NCBI GenBank assembly: GCA_001783805.1
Contig: MFNS01000001.1
Span: 128,649 to 192,648 of the forward strand
DNA length: 64,000 nt
Direction of reading: 5' to 3'
DNA from: Candidatus Levybacteria bacterium RIFCSPHIGHO2_01_FULL_40_16
GTDB lineage: Bacteria > Patescibacteriota > Microgenomatia > Levybacterales > UBA12049
Below, piece by piece: positions 10,635-20,283 of this stretch. How positions within the stretch are numbered: the stretch's first letter is position 1; the number at the start of each line of letters is the position of its first letter. Below the pieces are notes generated by a model. That model had not been told where the DNA came from. It did not search any database and saw only the letters and a program-made list of their open reading frames with translations. Made by a program: the position numbers and the translations under genes.

Positions 10635-11778
10635 AAGCTTTTGCAAGAATTGAGAAATCGGTTAAATCAATAAGGCCATCGTTATTCATGTCGGACAAGG
10701 CATAATTAAGATTACCTATATTTTCCCAATCTGTTCCAAACATGGAAAGGTCTGTCAGATCTATAATGCTATCGCCGTTAATATCGCCGGGCCTATGAAC
10801 ATTAATAGTAATACTCACATTCGAACTTTTATTACCGAGATTATCCTGACCGTAGACAATAAATGTATTTGAAGCAAGTGTCAGGGTTGCCGGATATTGC
10901 CAGGTTGTTGAAGTTGGGTAAGTTGTAAGACTTGCATCACTATTTATGTAAACGCTTGCAACAATTATATCTTTAGCTCCCGTTAGGTTAAGTGAAATAG
11001 AATAGGTATCTAAGGGCTGTTGATCAATTGTCGGTGGAGGAACAACCGCAATTGTTGGGGCAGGAGTCGGAGTGTCGGTTGGGACAGACGTTGGAGTGGG
11101 GGTTGGGGCAGGTGTTGAAGTTGGGGTTGGGACAGGTGTTGAAGTTGGGGTTGGGGAAACAACAGGATTAATGGTGTACGAGCCGCTTTGCAGAGAAAGA
11201 AGTATTTCAGAGTTATTACTGTAGGCTTTTACGGAACCTTTGCTTAAAGTAATAGTACCGGTTCCCGCTCCATTTGCCGAAAGAGTAAGTGAGTAAAGAA
11301 TACATTGTGTTGAAGATCCATTTAAAATAGCCCCTGCGAAGGATGGATTACCGGGTGTAGGAGTTGCTTTTTGATTGGGAAAAGTGAAGTTGCATCCTCC
11401 GGAGGGTGCAGGCACAATATCGAGTGTCTGTACAGTGAGATTGCTAGAAACTGCAACTGCTGCTTGGGCCGCGTTAAATGCTTGTCCTCCCCCGGATATC
11501 ACAAGATTAACTATAAATTGCTGGCCGATTGAGTAAGACCCGGACGGCGGAGAAACACTAATAGTTGCAGTTTTATTTGCTGCAGCATTGGGAATAAAGA
11601 TCTGCTTGTTGGCTACAATAAAAGGAGTAGAAAAAGCAATAAGCAAAAAAATGACAATAGTAAATTTTAAAAATCTATCCAGCGATATAAATTCATCCCA
11701 AAGACTTTGTAGAATATTTTCTGTAGGTTCAGTGTCTTTGCCTTTGTACCTGGTTCTAACTGAAATAATCTTCGGCAT
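10624..11778 (-). CDS. Cohesin-like + Pro/Thr linker + Ig-like + dockerin protein
   Basis: N-terminal TM, cohesin-like domain, (PTPTST)n linker, duplicated dockerin loops GDINGDSIIDLTDL / SDMNNDGLIDLTDF. Confidence 0.8.
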   Translation of the reverse strand: MPKIISVRTRYKGKDTEPTENILQSLWDEFISLDRFLKFTIVIFLLIAFSTPFIVANKQIFIPNAAANKTATISVSPPSGSYSIGQQFIVNLVISGGGQAFNAAQAAVAVSSNLTVQTLDIVPAPSGGCNFTFPNQKATPTPGNPSFAGAILNGSSTQCILYSLTLSANGAGTGTITLSKGSVKAYSNNSEILLSLQSGSYTINPVVSPTPTSTPVPTPTSTPAPTPTPTSVPTDTPTPAPTIAVVPPPTIDQQPLDTYSISLNLTGAKDIIVASVYINSDASLTTYPTSTTWQYPATLTLASNTFIVYGQDNLGNKSSNVSITINVHRPGDINGDSIIDLTDLSMFGTDWENIGNLNYALSDMNNDGLIDLTDFSILAKAYGN

Positions 11779-11866
11779 ATTTAGCCTATGTTTATAGTAT
11801 AGTGTCAAAAGTAGCAGTTTTTGTCAACTGGTTAACTCAAGGGATTTTATTTTGTGTGGAATTAGT

Positions 11867-12667
11867 TTATTTCTGGGCCAGGATGACGAAGGTGAAGAGC
11901 TTGTTTCCATTGCCAAAATCGCGTTCGTACAAGGCTATGTGTCCGTTGTTTCTTAATTCGCGGCCCCAATCGCTGCGGTTCTCAAAATCACCCTCCAAGA
12001 TTCCCAGGGAAACAGACAAGCCAAACGGCAATTTCTGGGTGCTACTTTGGAGAGTTGAAGAGGTATCAAGATGGGCGTAAATTATTTCCAGTTCCTCATA
12101 GTCGTGAGCATTGGGATGCTGGTTTGACTCCGGGCTGCTGGTATAATCCATGCATGTTCCCATGTTGGAATTACTAAAATTCTCATCCTGATGGTCCAAT
12201 CCTAAAGTATGTCCGACTTCCTGACACATGACCAGATTCTTCCAGGCAGTCGTGTTGTACGGTGCGTTATTAAAATAAGTATCATTAACTTTCGTCACAC
12301 CTTTACTAATGTGTACTCCGCTCACCCAAATTTGCGCTAAACCAAGCCAGCCGTTATTGCCGTATTTACTGTTGCAGACCTCTACGCGTCCGCTGGTTGC
12401 CCGGCAATTTCTAGGCTTGGTTAAGCCCGGGACAATATTCGTATCAAGAACGGATGAGATACTCCAGTCGGAAGATGTGCTTGCAAGATGCGGATCCCAG
12501 GTTGAGGAAAGGTTGTCTCCGAGATTCAGAGTGAAAGGATTGCCGGTGCGTGCCCAGTGGTAACCGCCCCACGAATGGTTTGCGGCAACGCCTTTGGCAA
12601 AAGTGGTCAGAAATAACACCGCGCTCAGAATAACTAAGAGAAGTAAACGCATTCTGATTTTTAACAT
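11867..12667 (-). CDS. Secreted metzincin-like zinc metalloprotease
   Basis: Signal peptide; CQEVGHTLGLDH followed by Met-turn TCMDY. Confidence 0.7.
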   Translation of the reverse strand: MLKIRMRLLLLVILSAVLFLTTFAKGVAANHSWGGYHWARTGNPFTLNLGDNLSSTWDPHLASTSSDWSISSVLDTNIVPGLTKPRNCRATSGRVEVCNSKYGNNGWLGLAQIWVSGVHISKGVTKVNDTYFNNAPYNTTAWKNLVMCQEVGHTLGLDHQDENFSNSNMGTCMDYTSSPESNQHPNAHDYEELEIIYAHLDTSSTLQSSTQKLPFGLSVSLGILEGDFENRSDWGRELRNNGHIALYERDFGNGNKLFTFVILAQK

Positions 12668-12810
12668 TCTGTAAATATGCTAGCAAAGATTTTCACGTAA
12701 ATCAAGTCAGGAATTCAATAATTCAGCACTTTTTGTTAGAGAGGTTGACAACAAGCTTAGTTTGTGAAAATATTATTATAGGGTTAAAAAAAATTAGGAG
12801 GTGAAATAAA

Positions 12811-13362
12811 ATGGCAAAATCAGGAATAAAGAGAAGCCCGTATTTGTTATCTGCAATCTTGGGTTGGGCTATAGGAGTCTTTCTGCTTGTTTTTATTATT
12901 AATAATCAAACTAACAGCAACGTTAAGGGAGTAAGCACAGGATTTGATCAGTACGGCTACAACAGAACTGCAAGAAATTTTGTTGGTCCTGCCGATGGAG
13001 TAGATAGGGTGTTAGATGGCAAAGTTTGGGGAGATTCCACATATGCCAAAGATAGATTGGTCATGAAATGGAATGCAGAATGGGATAAGGGAAATGCTGA
13101 AGGTTGGAAGAAACCGCCATATAATGCCTGGACCGACAATGAGTGGAATGGAATGGTTCCAAACGGTAGCGGTGAAACCTGGCATTACAAGATAGTTTGG
13201 GTAGGTCCTTGTGGCGCAGCCGGAATACCAGTGTCAAGTGGTGGATATTGCATTTGGGGACAGTTTGCAGTCATTCTCTCTCAAGGAACATTTGCCGGTC
13301 AACATTTCTGGGATGTGTTGGCTAGACCTGCCGGTTACGGATCTTATTATTCTATTCCTTAA
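12811..13362 (+). CDS. Exported/membrane-anchored hypothetical protein (W/G-rich)
   Basis: Strong AGGAGGTG SD; N-terminal TM segment. Confidence 0.75.
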   Translation: MAKSGIKRSPYLLSAILGWAIGVFLLVFIINNQTNSNVKGVSTGFDQYGYNRTARNFVGPADGVDRVLDGKVWGDSTYAKDRLVMKWNAEWDKGNAEGWKKPPYNAWTDNEWNGMVPNGSGETWHYKIVWVGPCGAAGIPVSSGGYCIWGQFAVILSQGTFAGQHFWDVLARPAGYGSYYSIP

Positions 13363-13451
13363 ACGGCATAATTTGTTCTAAACAAAATTTATTCTGGAAT
13401 AGAACAGTCCATCTGGGAAATCTGGTGGAGGTTTGTGTGGAAAAAAGAGAG

Positions 13452-14066
13452 TTAGAAGCCGAGTTTTTCCTTGACGAAGATTAAAGTTATCCGATTGGGA
13501 ACAATCTCTTTATTAATTATTAATAATTTGCTGACATTGCTTCTTTCCATGCCGTATGCTTTTTTCACTCTTTCCGATTCAAGAGGTAAAACATAATCAT
13601 AAATTCTCTTCATGCCCTCTTCCAAATTGGCAACAATTTTTTGTGTTCCGACCACCCAGAGCACATGGGAAGCTCCATAAACGTAGGCCGGCAATTGGCT
13701 GCCCGTATTTGAGGCAATTAATACTTTCCCGTCCCCTGTAACCGCGTGGACACTGCCAATGGCGTATTCCGGAGCTGCACCCATTTTCTGCATTTCCCTG
13801 CCTTGGGTTTTTCTATCCATTTTTTCCAGCTTTACTTTTACCGAATTATATTTTCCGGATTCGTTTATTTCCTTTGGAAGTTCCAGCGTATCAATTGTAG
13901 TTGAGGACATATTCATTACTTCAGCATTTTGAGGTAATAATTCCAGTACTTTTTTCTTAGCCTCCTGACCATTTTCGACAACTATTGCATTTATTCCGTT
14001 TGCTTTTAAAGCTTCAATTGTTTTTTGAATATCCTCCGGACTTGCCAATTCTCCCCAATCTTTCAT
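13452..14066 (-). CDS. LUD (lactate utilization, DUF162) domain protein
   Basis: GSVHAVT.DG.VLIASNTGSQL and VVGTQKIV.NLEE motifs. Confidence 0.85.
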   Translation of the reverse strand: MKDWGELASPEDIQKTIEALKANGINAIVVENGQEAKKKVLELLPQNAEVMNMSSTTIDTLELPKEINESGKYNSVKVKLEKMDRKTQGREMQKMGAAPEYAIGSVHAVTGDGKVLIASNTGSQLPAYVYGASHVLWVVGTQKIVANLEEGMKRIYDYVLPLESERVKKAYGMERSNVSKLLIINKEIVPNRITLIFVKEKLGF

Positions 14067-14122
14067 AGCTTAATCATACCACACTTCTTGATACGTCATT
14101 CCTTTTAAGCTACAATTAATCC

Positions 14123-17107
14123 ATGAAACCCGTAAAACAGAATATAAATTTTCCGGAATTAGAAAGAGAAATTCTAAATAGATGGCAGGAGAAAGGAATT
14201 GTAAGAAAGTATTTAGAAAAAAATAAAAACTCAAAAGAAAAATTTTCTTTCCTTGATGGTCCGATCACCGCAAATAATCCAATGGGAGTTCATCATGCTT
14301 GGGGAAGGACATATAAGGATTTGTGGCAGAGATTCTGGAATATGCGGGGAAAAGCTCAAAGATTTCAAAATGGGTTTGACGAACAAGGGCTTTGGGTTGA
14401 AGTGGAAGTGGAAAAAGAATTGGGGCTGAAAAATAAAAAAGACATTGAAAATCTTGTTCCGGGAGACAAATTTAAAAGTCTCGTAAAATTTATTAATCTT
14501 TGCAAGCAAAGGGTTAAAAAATTTTCGGGAGTCCAGACAGAACAAAGTAAGCGTTTGGGATACTTCATGGATTGGGACAAATCCTATCACACCTCCTCCG
14601 ATAAAAATAATTATGCGATCTGGAATTTCTTAAAAGTTGTCCACGAAAAAGGTTGGCTGTACAAAGGCCGTGACTCTGTTCCCTGGTGTCCGCGCTGCGG
14701 AACCGCAATTTCCCAGCACGAGATTTTGACAGAGGAATATAAAAATATAACCCACGATTCGATCTATGTTGAATATCCGATTAAAAACAGGAAAAACGAA
14801 TATTTAATTGCTTGGACAACAACGCCCTGGACTTTAATTGCCAATATAGCTCTTGCCGTAAATCCCAATTACGATTACGTAATTGCAACAGGGGAAGAAA
14901 AGGGAAATATATATTATCTGCTTAAAGAGAGCGCGGAAAAATTAGGTCTTAAAATCAAAAAAAATATTAAAGGAAAAGATTTGATCGGACTAAACTATTC
15001 TTCTCCTTTTGATAATTTACCAAAAGTGAAAAAAACACTGGGGAAATATCTGCATCAAGTTATTGCTACAGACGAATTAATTCTGCCAATCAGTAAAATT
15101 GAAGGAACAGGAATTATCCATATCGCCACCGGATCGGGAAGCGAAGATTTTCAGCTTGGTAAAAAAAACAATTTACCGGTAATTGAAGTTATTGACGAAG
15201 GAGGGAATTATCTGGATGGTTTTGGAGAATTTAGCCAAAAAAATGCCAAAAGGCATCCCGAATTAATCATTGACTTTCTTAAATCTTTCGAAAATGGCAA
15301 CTACTTTTTCCTAACGGAAAAATACACCCATAGGTATCCGACTTGCTGGAGATGTAAAACGGAATTGGTTTGGCGAGTGGTTGACGAATGGTATATTGCG
15401 ATGGATAAAAAACCCAGCTCAAAGTTCAAAGCTCAAAGCTCAAGGCCAGAGAATAAAACTTATAGGGAGCAAATGGTTGAGGTGGCAAAGAAGATTAATT
15501 GGATTCCCGATTGGGGTTTGGATCGCGAACTGGACTGGCTTAAAAATATGCATGATTGGTTGATTAGTAAAAAAAGATATTGGGGGTTGGCTTTGCCAAT
15601 TTGGGAATGTCATAAATGCGGAAATTTCGAAGTGATTGGCGGAAAAGAGGAGCTTAAAAAACGTGCAGTTAAAGGTTGGGGAGAATTTGACGGCAATAGC
15701 CCGCACCGGCCTTGGGTGGACTTGGTAAAAATTAAGTGCAGTAAGTGCGATGAAGTTGCTTCCCGAATTCCTGATGTGGGAAATCCCTGGCTGGATGCGG
15801 GAATTGTTCCGTTTTCCACCCTGCCGAAAGAATGGTTTCCGGCAGATTTCATAACGGAGAGTTTCCCCGGGCAGTTTAAAAATTGGTTTTATTCTCTGAT
15901 TGCAATGTCCACTGCGCTTAAAAAAATCAATTCCTTTAAAACGGTTTTGGGGTTCGCATCGGTCAGAGATGAAGCAGGCGAAGAAATGCACAAGAGTAAA
16001 GGAAATGCAATTGAATTTAATGAGGCAGCGGATAAAATCGGCGTTGATGTAATGCGCTGGATGTATTTAAGACAGGATCCCGAACAAAATCTCAATTTTG
16101 GAGTCAATGCCGCTGACAATGTCAGAAGACAATTTCATTTAATGTTGTGGAATGTATATAATTTCTTTATTTCCAATGCCATTGCCGACAGCTGGACGCC
16201 TCAGGGGATGGAAAAACAATCGGAAAACGTTCTGGACAAATGGATAATATCCAGGCTAAATAAATTAATTAAGGTTGTTACTGCGTCACTTGAAAAATAT
16301 AATTCCTTTTCTGCCGGGAATGCTATTGAAAATTTTCTCAGTGATTTGTCACTTTGGTATGTCCGCCGGTCACGCGAGAGAATCGGATTGTCTGCCGAAG
16401 ATGCAAAAGACAAAAATAATTGCTATCAAACTTTATGGGAGGTTTTAGCCAGCCTTTGCCAAATTCTAGCGCCTTTCACGCCATTTATGGCAGAAGAAAT
16501 GTATTTAAACTTAACGAATAAGGATTCGGTGCATTTAAGTGCTTGGCCGGAAGTCGGAGATATCGATGAAAAGCTGGAGCAGGAGATGGATTTTGCCAGA
16601 AAAATTTGTGAAATGGGGCATGCAAAAAGAAAAGAAGCGCTGATTAAAGTCAGACAACCCCTGGCACAATTAACAATTAATAATTCGCAATTAACAATTA
16701 ACGGCGAGATAGTTGAGCTGATTAAAGACGAATTGAATATTAAAAAAGTGGTTTTTGAAAAAGGAAAAGGAGAAATGTCAGTGTCCCTTGATGTAAATTT
16801 AACCAAGGAATTGAAAGAAGAGGGGAAAGCGCGGGATATTGTAAGAATGATTCAGGGCGAGCGGAAAAAAATAGGGACAGCATTGGATGAAAAAATAGAT
16901 GTTGTCCTCAAGGATTGGCCAAGAGAATTCGAAAATGAAATAAAAAAGAAAGCAATGGTTGCAACCTTAAAAAAGGGAAATAATTTTGAGGTTGTCCGCA
17001 AACCCCGCATCGACAGTCATGCATTAGAAACGCTTAACTTTTCACATCGCGCATCTTCGCTAAGTCCACGCTCAAATAAACGTGGCATTGTGGTGCGGGG
17101 TAAATGA
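14123..17107 (+). CDS. ileS: Isoleucyl-tRNA synthetase, type 2, with GVHH signature
   Basis: FLDGPITAN, GVHH, AWTTTPWTL, WLISKKRYWG, EMHKSKGN. Confidence 0.95.
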   Translation: MKPVKQNINFPELEREILNRWQEKGIVRKYLEKNKNSKEKFSFLDGPITANNPMGVHHAWGRTYKDLWQRFWNMRGKAQRFQNGFDEQGLWVEVEVEKELGLKNKKDIENLVPGDKFKSLVKFINLCKQRVKKFSGVQTEQSKRLGYFMDWDKSYHTSSDKNNYAIWNFLKVVHEKGWLYKGRDSVPWCPRCGTAISQHEILTEEYKNITHDSIYVEYPIKNRKNEYLIAWTTTPWTLIANIALAVNPNYDYVIATGEEKGNIYYLLKESAEKLGLKIKKNIKGKDLIGLNYSSPFDNLPKVKKTLGKYLHQVIATDELILPISKIEGTGIIHIATGSGSEDFQLGKKNNLPVIEVIDEGGNYLDGFGEFSQKNAKRHPELIIDFLKSFENGNYFFLTEKYTHRYPTCWRCKTELVWRVVDEWYIAMDKKPSSKFKAQSSRPENKTYREQMVEVAKKINWIPDWGLDRELDWLKNMHDWLISKKRYWGLALPIWECHKCGNFEVIGGKEELKKRAVKGWGEFDGNSPHRPWVDLVKIKCSKCDEVASRIPDVGNPWLDAGIVPFSTLPKEWFPADFITESFPGQFKNWFYSLIAMSTALKKINSFKTVLGFASVRDEAGEEMHKSKGNAIEFNEAADKIGVDVMRWMYLRQDPEQNLNFGVNAADNVRRQFHLMLWNVYNFFISNAIADSWTPQGMEKQSENVLDKWIISRLNKLIKVVTASLEKYNSFSAGNAIENFLSDLSLWYVRRSRERIGLSAEDAKDKNNCYQTLWEVLASLCQILAPFTPFMAEEMYLNLTNKDSVHLSAWPEVGDIDEKLEQEMDFARKICEMGHAKRKEALIKVRQPLAQLTINNSQLTINGEIVELIKDELNIKKVVFEKGKGEMSVSLDVNLTKELKEEGKARDIVRMIQGERKKIGTALDEKIDVVLKDWPREFENEIKKKAMVATLKKGNNFEVVRKPRIDSHALETLNFSHRASSLSPRSNKRGIVVRGK
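15417..15444 (+). repeat. In-frame heptamer array (GCTCAAA)x4 in ileS
   Basis: gctcaaa gttcaaa gctcaaa gctcaag. Confidence 0.8.
16667..16701 (+). repeat. In-frame heptamer array (CAATTAA)x5 in ileS
   Basis: caattaa caattaa taattcg caattaa caattaa, encoding QLTINNSQLTIN. Confidence 0.8.
17002..17101 (+). mobile_element. Stem-bounded insertion (ACCCCGCATC...GGTGCGGGGT) at the 3' end of ileS
   Basis: 10-nt terminal inverted repeat flanked by AAA on both sides; removing 102 nt gives ...VVRK-stop. Confidence 0.6.
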
Positions 17108-18180
17108 GACGCTCACTTTTTAATATTGACTGGGGATTGTTAGCTCCGGTAATTGTTTTGGTAATCCTAAGTTTAACCACTATTTTTTCCCTGGATCTAA
17201 ACTTATTCAAAAGCCAGTTTACTTTCTTTATTATCGGAATCTTCGCTTTTTTATTCTTTTCTCAAGCAAATTACAGGACCGTAAGACTCTACGGGTTACC
17301 GATTTACCTAATTTCTATTGTTTTGTTAATTATAGTTATAATTATTGGAGTTGAAGCCAGGGGGGCTGTCAGATGGTTCACGCTTTTTGGATTTAGAGTG
17401 CAATTTTCGGAGATTCTGAAACCCTTCCTGGCAATTTCTCTTTCCGGATATCTTTCTTCCAGGAATGATTATTCTTTAAAAACTTTATTTATGGTAATTT
17501 GTTTTTTGCTGCCGGTTGCTCTCTTGGTTTTTTGGCAGCCGGATCTGGGAAACACCCTAATCTATGTTTTGGTAACAATTATTGCGCTCATAGTTTTTGG
17601 TTTTCCTTTTAGATTCTTTTTTTTAGGATTAGTTTTTTTATCAATACTTTCTCCCATCTTTTGGAGATTTTTACATGATTATCAAAGACAGCGGATTTTG
17701 ACTTTTTTAAATCCCAGTGACCCTTTGGGATTGTCTTATAATGCCATTCAGTCGGTTATCGCTGTAGGATCAGGAATGCTTTTGGGCCGCGGATTAGGGT
17801 TGGGAACACAATCCGGCCTTAGGTTTCTGCCTGAACGGCATACTGATTTTATTTTCGCGACTTTATCCGAAGAATTAGGACTGATTGGCGCAGTTTTGCT
17901 GATTATAACTTTTACATTTTTGCTGTACAAAATTTTCGCAATTTTCCGTGGGCAGGATGAGTTATTCTCTAAAACATTTTCTGCAATTGCATTTTCCTTA
18001 ATTTTTCTCCAATTTTTTGTAAATATAGGTATGAATATCGGAATCCTTCCCATAGTTGGAATAACTCTCCCTTTCGTCTCCTATGGAGGAAGCTCTTTAC
18101 TTTCCAACTTTATTCTTCTTGGAGCACTCTCCGGCATGAATAGAGGAAATTCATCGCATAAAGTCCTGGAAATTAAGTAG
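17104..18180 (+). CDS. rodA: SEDS rod-shape-determining protein RodA
   Basis: GAVRWF, QFSEILK, QPDLG, FLPERHTDFIFA, PFVSYGGSS. Confidence 0.9.
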   Translation: MRRSLFNIDWGLLAPVIVLVILSLTTIFSLDLNLFKSQFTFFIIGIFAFLFFSQANYRTVRLYGLPIYLISIVLLIIVIIIGVEARGAVRWFTLFGFRVQFSEILKPFLAISLSGYLSSRNDYSLKTLFMVICFLLPVALLVFWQPDLGNTLIYVLVTIIALIVFGFPFRFFFLGLVFLSILSPIFWRFLHDYQRQRILTFLNPSDPLGLSYNAIQSVIAVGSGMLLGRGLGLGTQSGLRFLPERHTDFIFATLSEELGLIGAVLLIITFTFLLYKIFAIFRGQDELFSKTFSAIAFSLIFLQFFVNIGMNIGILPIVGITLPFVSYGGSSLLSNFILLGALSGMNRGNSSHKVLEIK

Positions 18181-18203
18181 ATTTTTTGGTATAATTAATT
18201 TTT

Positions 18204-18530
18204 ATGGAATACGCAATCGTAAAAATAGGCGGAAAACAATATAAAGTCTCCAGGGGCTTAGTAATTGAGGTTGAAAGACTTGACTATAAGCCCGGAGAGA
18301 AATTTTCTTTGGAAGAAGTCCTTTTATACGTTTCCGATGGCAAGGTCAGGTTAGGCAAGCCCAGAGTTAACGGCGCCACAGTTAAAGCGGAAGTTTTGGA
18401 GCATTTTAAGGGAGAGAAACTGCGGATTGCCAAATTCAAGGCAAAAGCCAAATACAGAAGAGTAACCGGGCACAGGCAATATTTAACGAAAATCAAAATT
18501 CTTGATATCTTGACAGCTGTAAAAAAGTAA
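18204..18530 (+). CDS. rplU: 50S ribosomal protein L21
   Basis: YAIVKIGGKQYKV and GHRQ motifs. Confidence 0.97.
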   Translation: MEYAIVKIGGKQYKVSRGLVIEVERLDYKPGEKFSLEEVLLYVSDGKVRLGKPRVNGATVKAEVLEHFKGEKLRIAKFKAKAKYRRVTGHRQYLTKIKILDILTAVKK

Positions 18531-18567
18531 CGTAATATAGGATTAATTTTCACCGGAACTTAAATAT

Positions 18568-18816
18568 ATGGCACATACAAAAGCCCAGGGAGCAGTTAAA
18601 GGAAATAGAGATTCCAGATCAAAACGTTTGGGCGTTAAGCTCTATAGCGGACAAAAAATTATAGCCGGAAACATTATCGTCCGGCAAAAAGGAACGAAAA
18701 TCTTTGGAGGCAGTGGGGTTTCCATGGGGAATGATTTTACTCTTTTTGCGATAAAGGACGGAATTTTGAATTTTAAAACTTCTCGCGGAAAGAAAATTGC
18801 AGAAGTAAATCCGTAA
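18568..18816 (+). CDS. rpmA: 50S ribosomal protein L27
   Basis: MAHTKA..NRDSRSKRLGVK..GNIIVRQKGT. Confidence 0.97.
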   Translation: MAHTKAQGAVKGNRDSRSKRLGVKLYSGQKIIAGNIIVRQKGTKIFGGSGVSMGNDFTLFAIKDGILNFKTSRGKKIAEVNP

Positions 18817-18829
18817 TAGAAAATAATTT

Positions 18830-19657
18830 ATGGATAATACGAATACCCAGAGTGAGATCCATGAAATCGAAGTCAATCTGCTCCAATCCAATCCTCTTCA
18901 GCCCCGCGGAGCAATTACGCCTCAATCATTGAATGATTTAATTGATTCGATAAGAGAGCAGGGAATTCTCGAACCTTTGGTTATCGCCAAGACTCCGGCC
19001 GGATATCAAATTGTTGCAGGGGAAAGACGCTGGAGAGCGGCAAAACTACTTGGCCTTTCCAAAGTCCCGGTTGTAATTAAAGAAACTACGCCTCAAGGCA
19101 TGCTGGAAATGTCTATTGTCGAAAACGTACAAAGAGAAGACCTTAACCCGATTGAAAGGGCATTGGCATATAAAAGATTAATTGACGAATTCGGTCTTGG
19201 GACAAATGAAGTTGCCAGGAAAGTTGGAAAGTCCGCTCCAACAATTTCAAATACAATCAGACTTTTGTCTCTTCCGGATGCAATCAAGGATGCTCTTGTC
19301 GCCGGGGTAATTTCGGAAGGACATGTCCGTCCTTTGATCTCCTTGGGAGATCCGGCTCTGATGCTGGAATTGTTCCGAAAAATATTGCGCGAGAATAGCA
19401 CAGTCAGGCAGACCGAAGAAGAGGCTAGAAAAGCTAAAGGGGAAATCCAGAAGAAAGAACCGCGTACGGTTGAAGATAGATTATGGATTCCCGAGCTGGA
19501 CGGAATGGCAAAAAAAATTGCAGAAAAACATAACCTTGATAAGGTAACAATTTTTCAATCCAGCAAAAAAGCCAAAATATTAATCGAAATAAGAGGGGAC
19601 GTGGAGGTTACGGGGCCTAAGATAAAAACAATCAATAAACTTTTGCTTGGAACATAA
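18830..19657 (+). CDS. parB: ParB/Spo0J partition protein
   Basis: NPLQPR, AGERRWRAA, ENVQREDLNPIE and HTH. Confidence 0.93.
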   Translation: MDNTNTQSEIHEIEVNLLQSNPLQPRGAITPQSLNDLIDSIREQGILEPLVIAKTPAGYQIVAGERRWRAAKLLGLSKVPVVIKETTPQGMLEMSIVENVQREDLNPIERALAYKRLIDEFGLGTNEVARKVGKSAPTISNTIRLLSLPDAIKDALVAGVISEGHVRPLISLGDPALMLELFRKILRENSTVRQTEEEARKAKGEIQKKEPRTVEDRLWIPELDGMAKKIAEKHNLDKVTIFQSSKKAKILIEIRGDVEVTGPKIKTINKLLLGT

Positions 19658-20218
19658 TTAATTATGCGGGTTATTAACCACCCCCATCCTGTTTAGCGGC
19701 CAGTAAACGAAAAAAGATCTCCCAACAATAGATCTAAGCGGAACAAAGCCCCATTCTCTGGAGTCCGAACTGCCATTCCTATTATCACCCATAACAAAAT
19801 ATGAGTCCGCAGGCACCAGCACACTGGCATTCTCTTTAAGAAATGATCCTCCATAGGTTTTTACGGAAGAAGGTAGATACTCATTCTGGTTAAGAAGCTG
19901 TTCGTTTACATAAACATCTCCGTTTCTGACCATTATTCGATCTCCCGGAACCCCTATCACGCGTTTTATATAATCTTTTTCAGAGTCATTTGGCGCCTTA
20001 AATACGATAGTATCCCCATATTTCGGCTGACCGAATTTGAGAGCAATTATATTGGTTAAAACGTATTGTTTATCAAGGAAGGTTGGATACATGGAATTTC
20101 CACTGACTTGAAATGGACGGAATAAAAAAACATATATCACCAGAAAGACTGCAAAAACCAAAAGCAGGGTTTGAATTGTATCCAGTAAGAAACCATAAAT
20201 TTTTCTTAAAAATTCCAT
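19658..20218 (-). CDS. lepB: Signal peptidase I
   Basis: SGNSMYPT, YIKRVIG, MGDNRNGSSDSR; start moved to ATG 20218. Confidence 0.93.
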   Translation of the reverse strand: MEFLRKIYGFLLDTIQTLLLVFAVFLVIYVFLFRPFQVSGNSMYPTFLDKQYVLTNIIALKFGQPKYGDTIVFKAPNDSEKDYIKRVIGVPGDRIMVRNGDVYVNEQLLNQNEYLPSSVKTYGGSFLKENASVLVPADSYFVMGDNRNGSSDSREWGFVPLRSIVGRSFFVYWPLNRMGVVNNPHN

Positions 20219-20246
20219 AAAACTATTGTGCTTGATTTGCTTTCCT

Positions 20247-20275
20247 TTGTCAATGCGAAGCGGATGTTGTAAAAT
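20247..20275 (+). promoter_or_regulatory. Sigma70-type promoter of the tRNA-Val locus
   Basis: TTGTCA-17 nt-TAAAAT, 8 nt upstream of the outer tRNA. Confidence 0.7.
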
Positions 20276-20283
20276 GGTGTTGA

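Noticed and set aside
11030-11160. Tandem repeats as CRISPR or mobile repeat
   Set aside because: Codon-phased repeats encoding a Pro/Thr linker; no spacers and no cas genes in the window.
18830-19657. parB without adjacent parA as a plasmid or prophage signal
   Set aside because: It is embedded behind rplU-rpmA among core genes, with no mobile-element genes or recognisable parS nearby.
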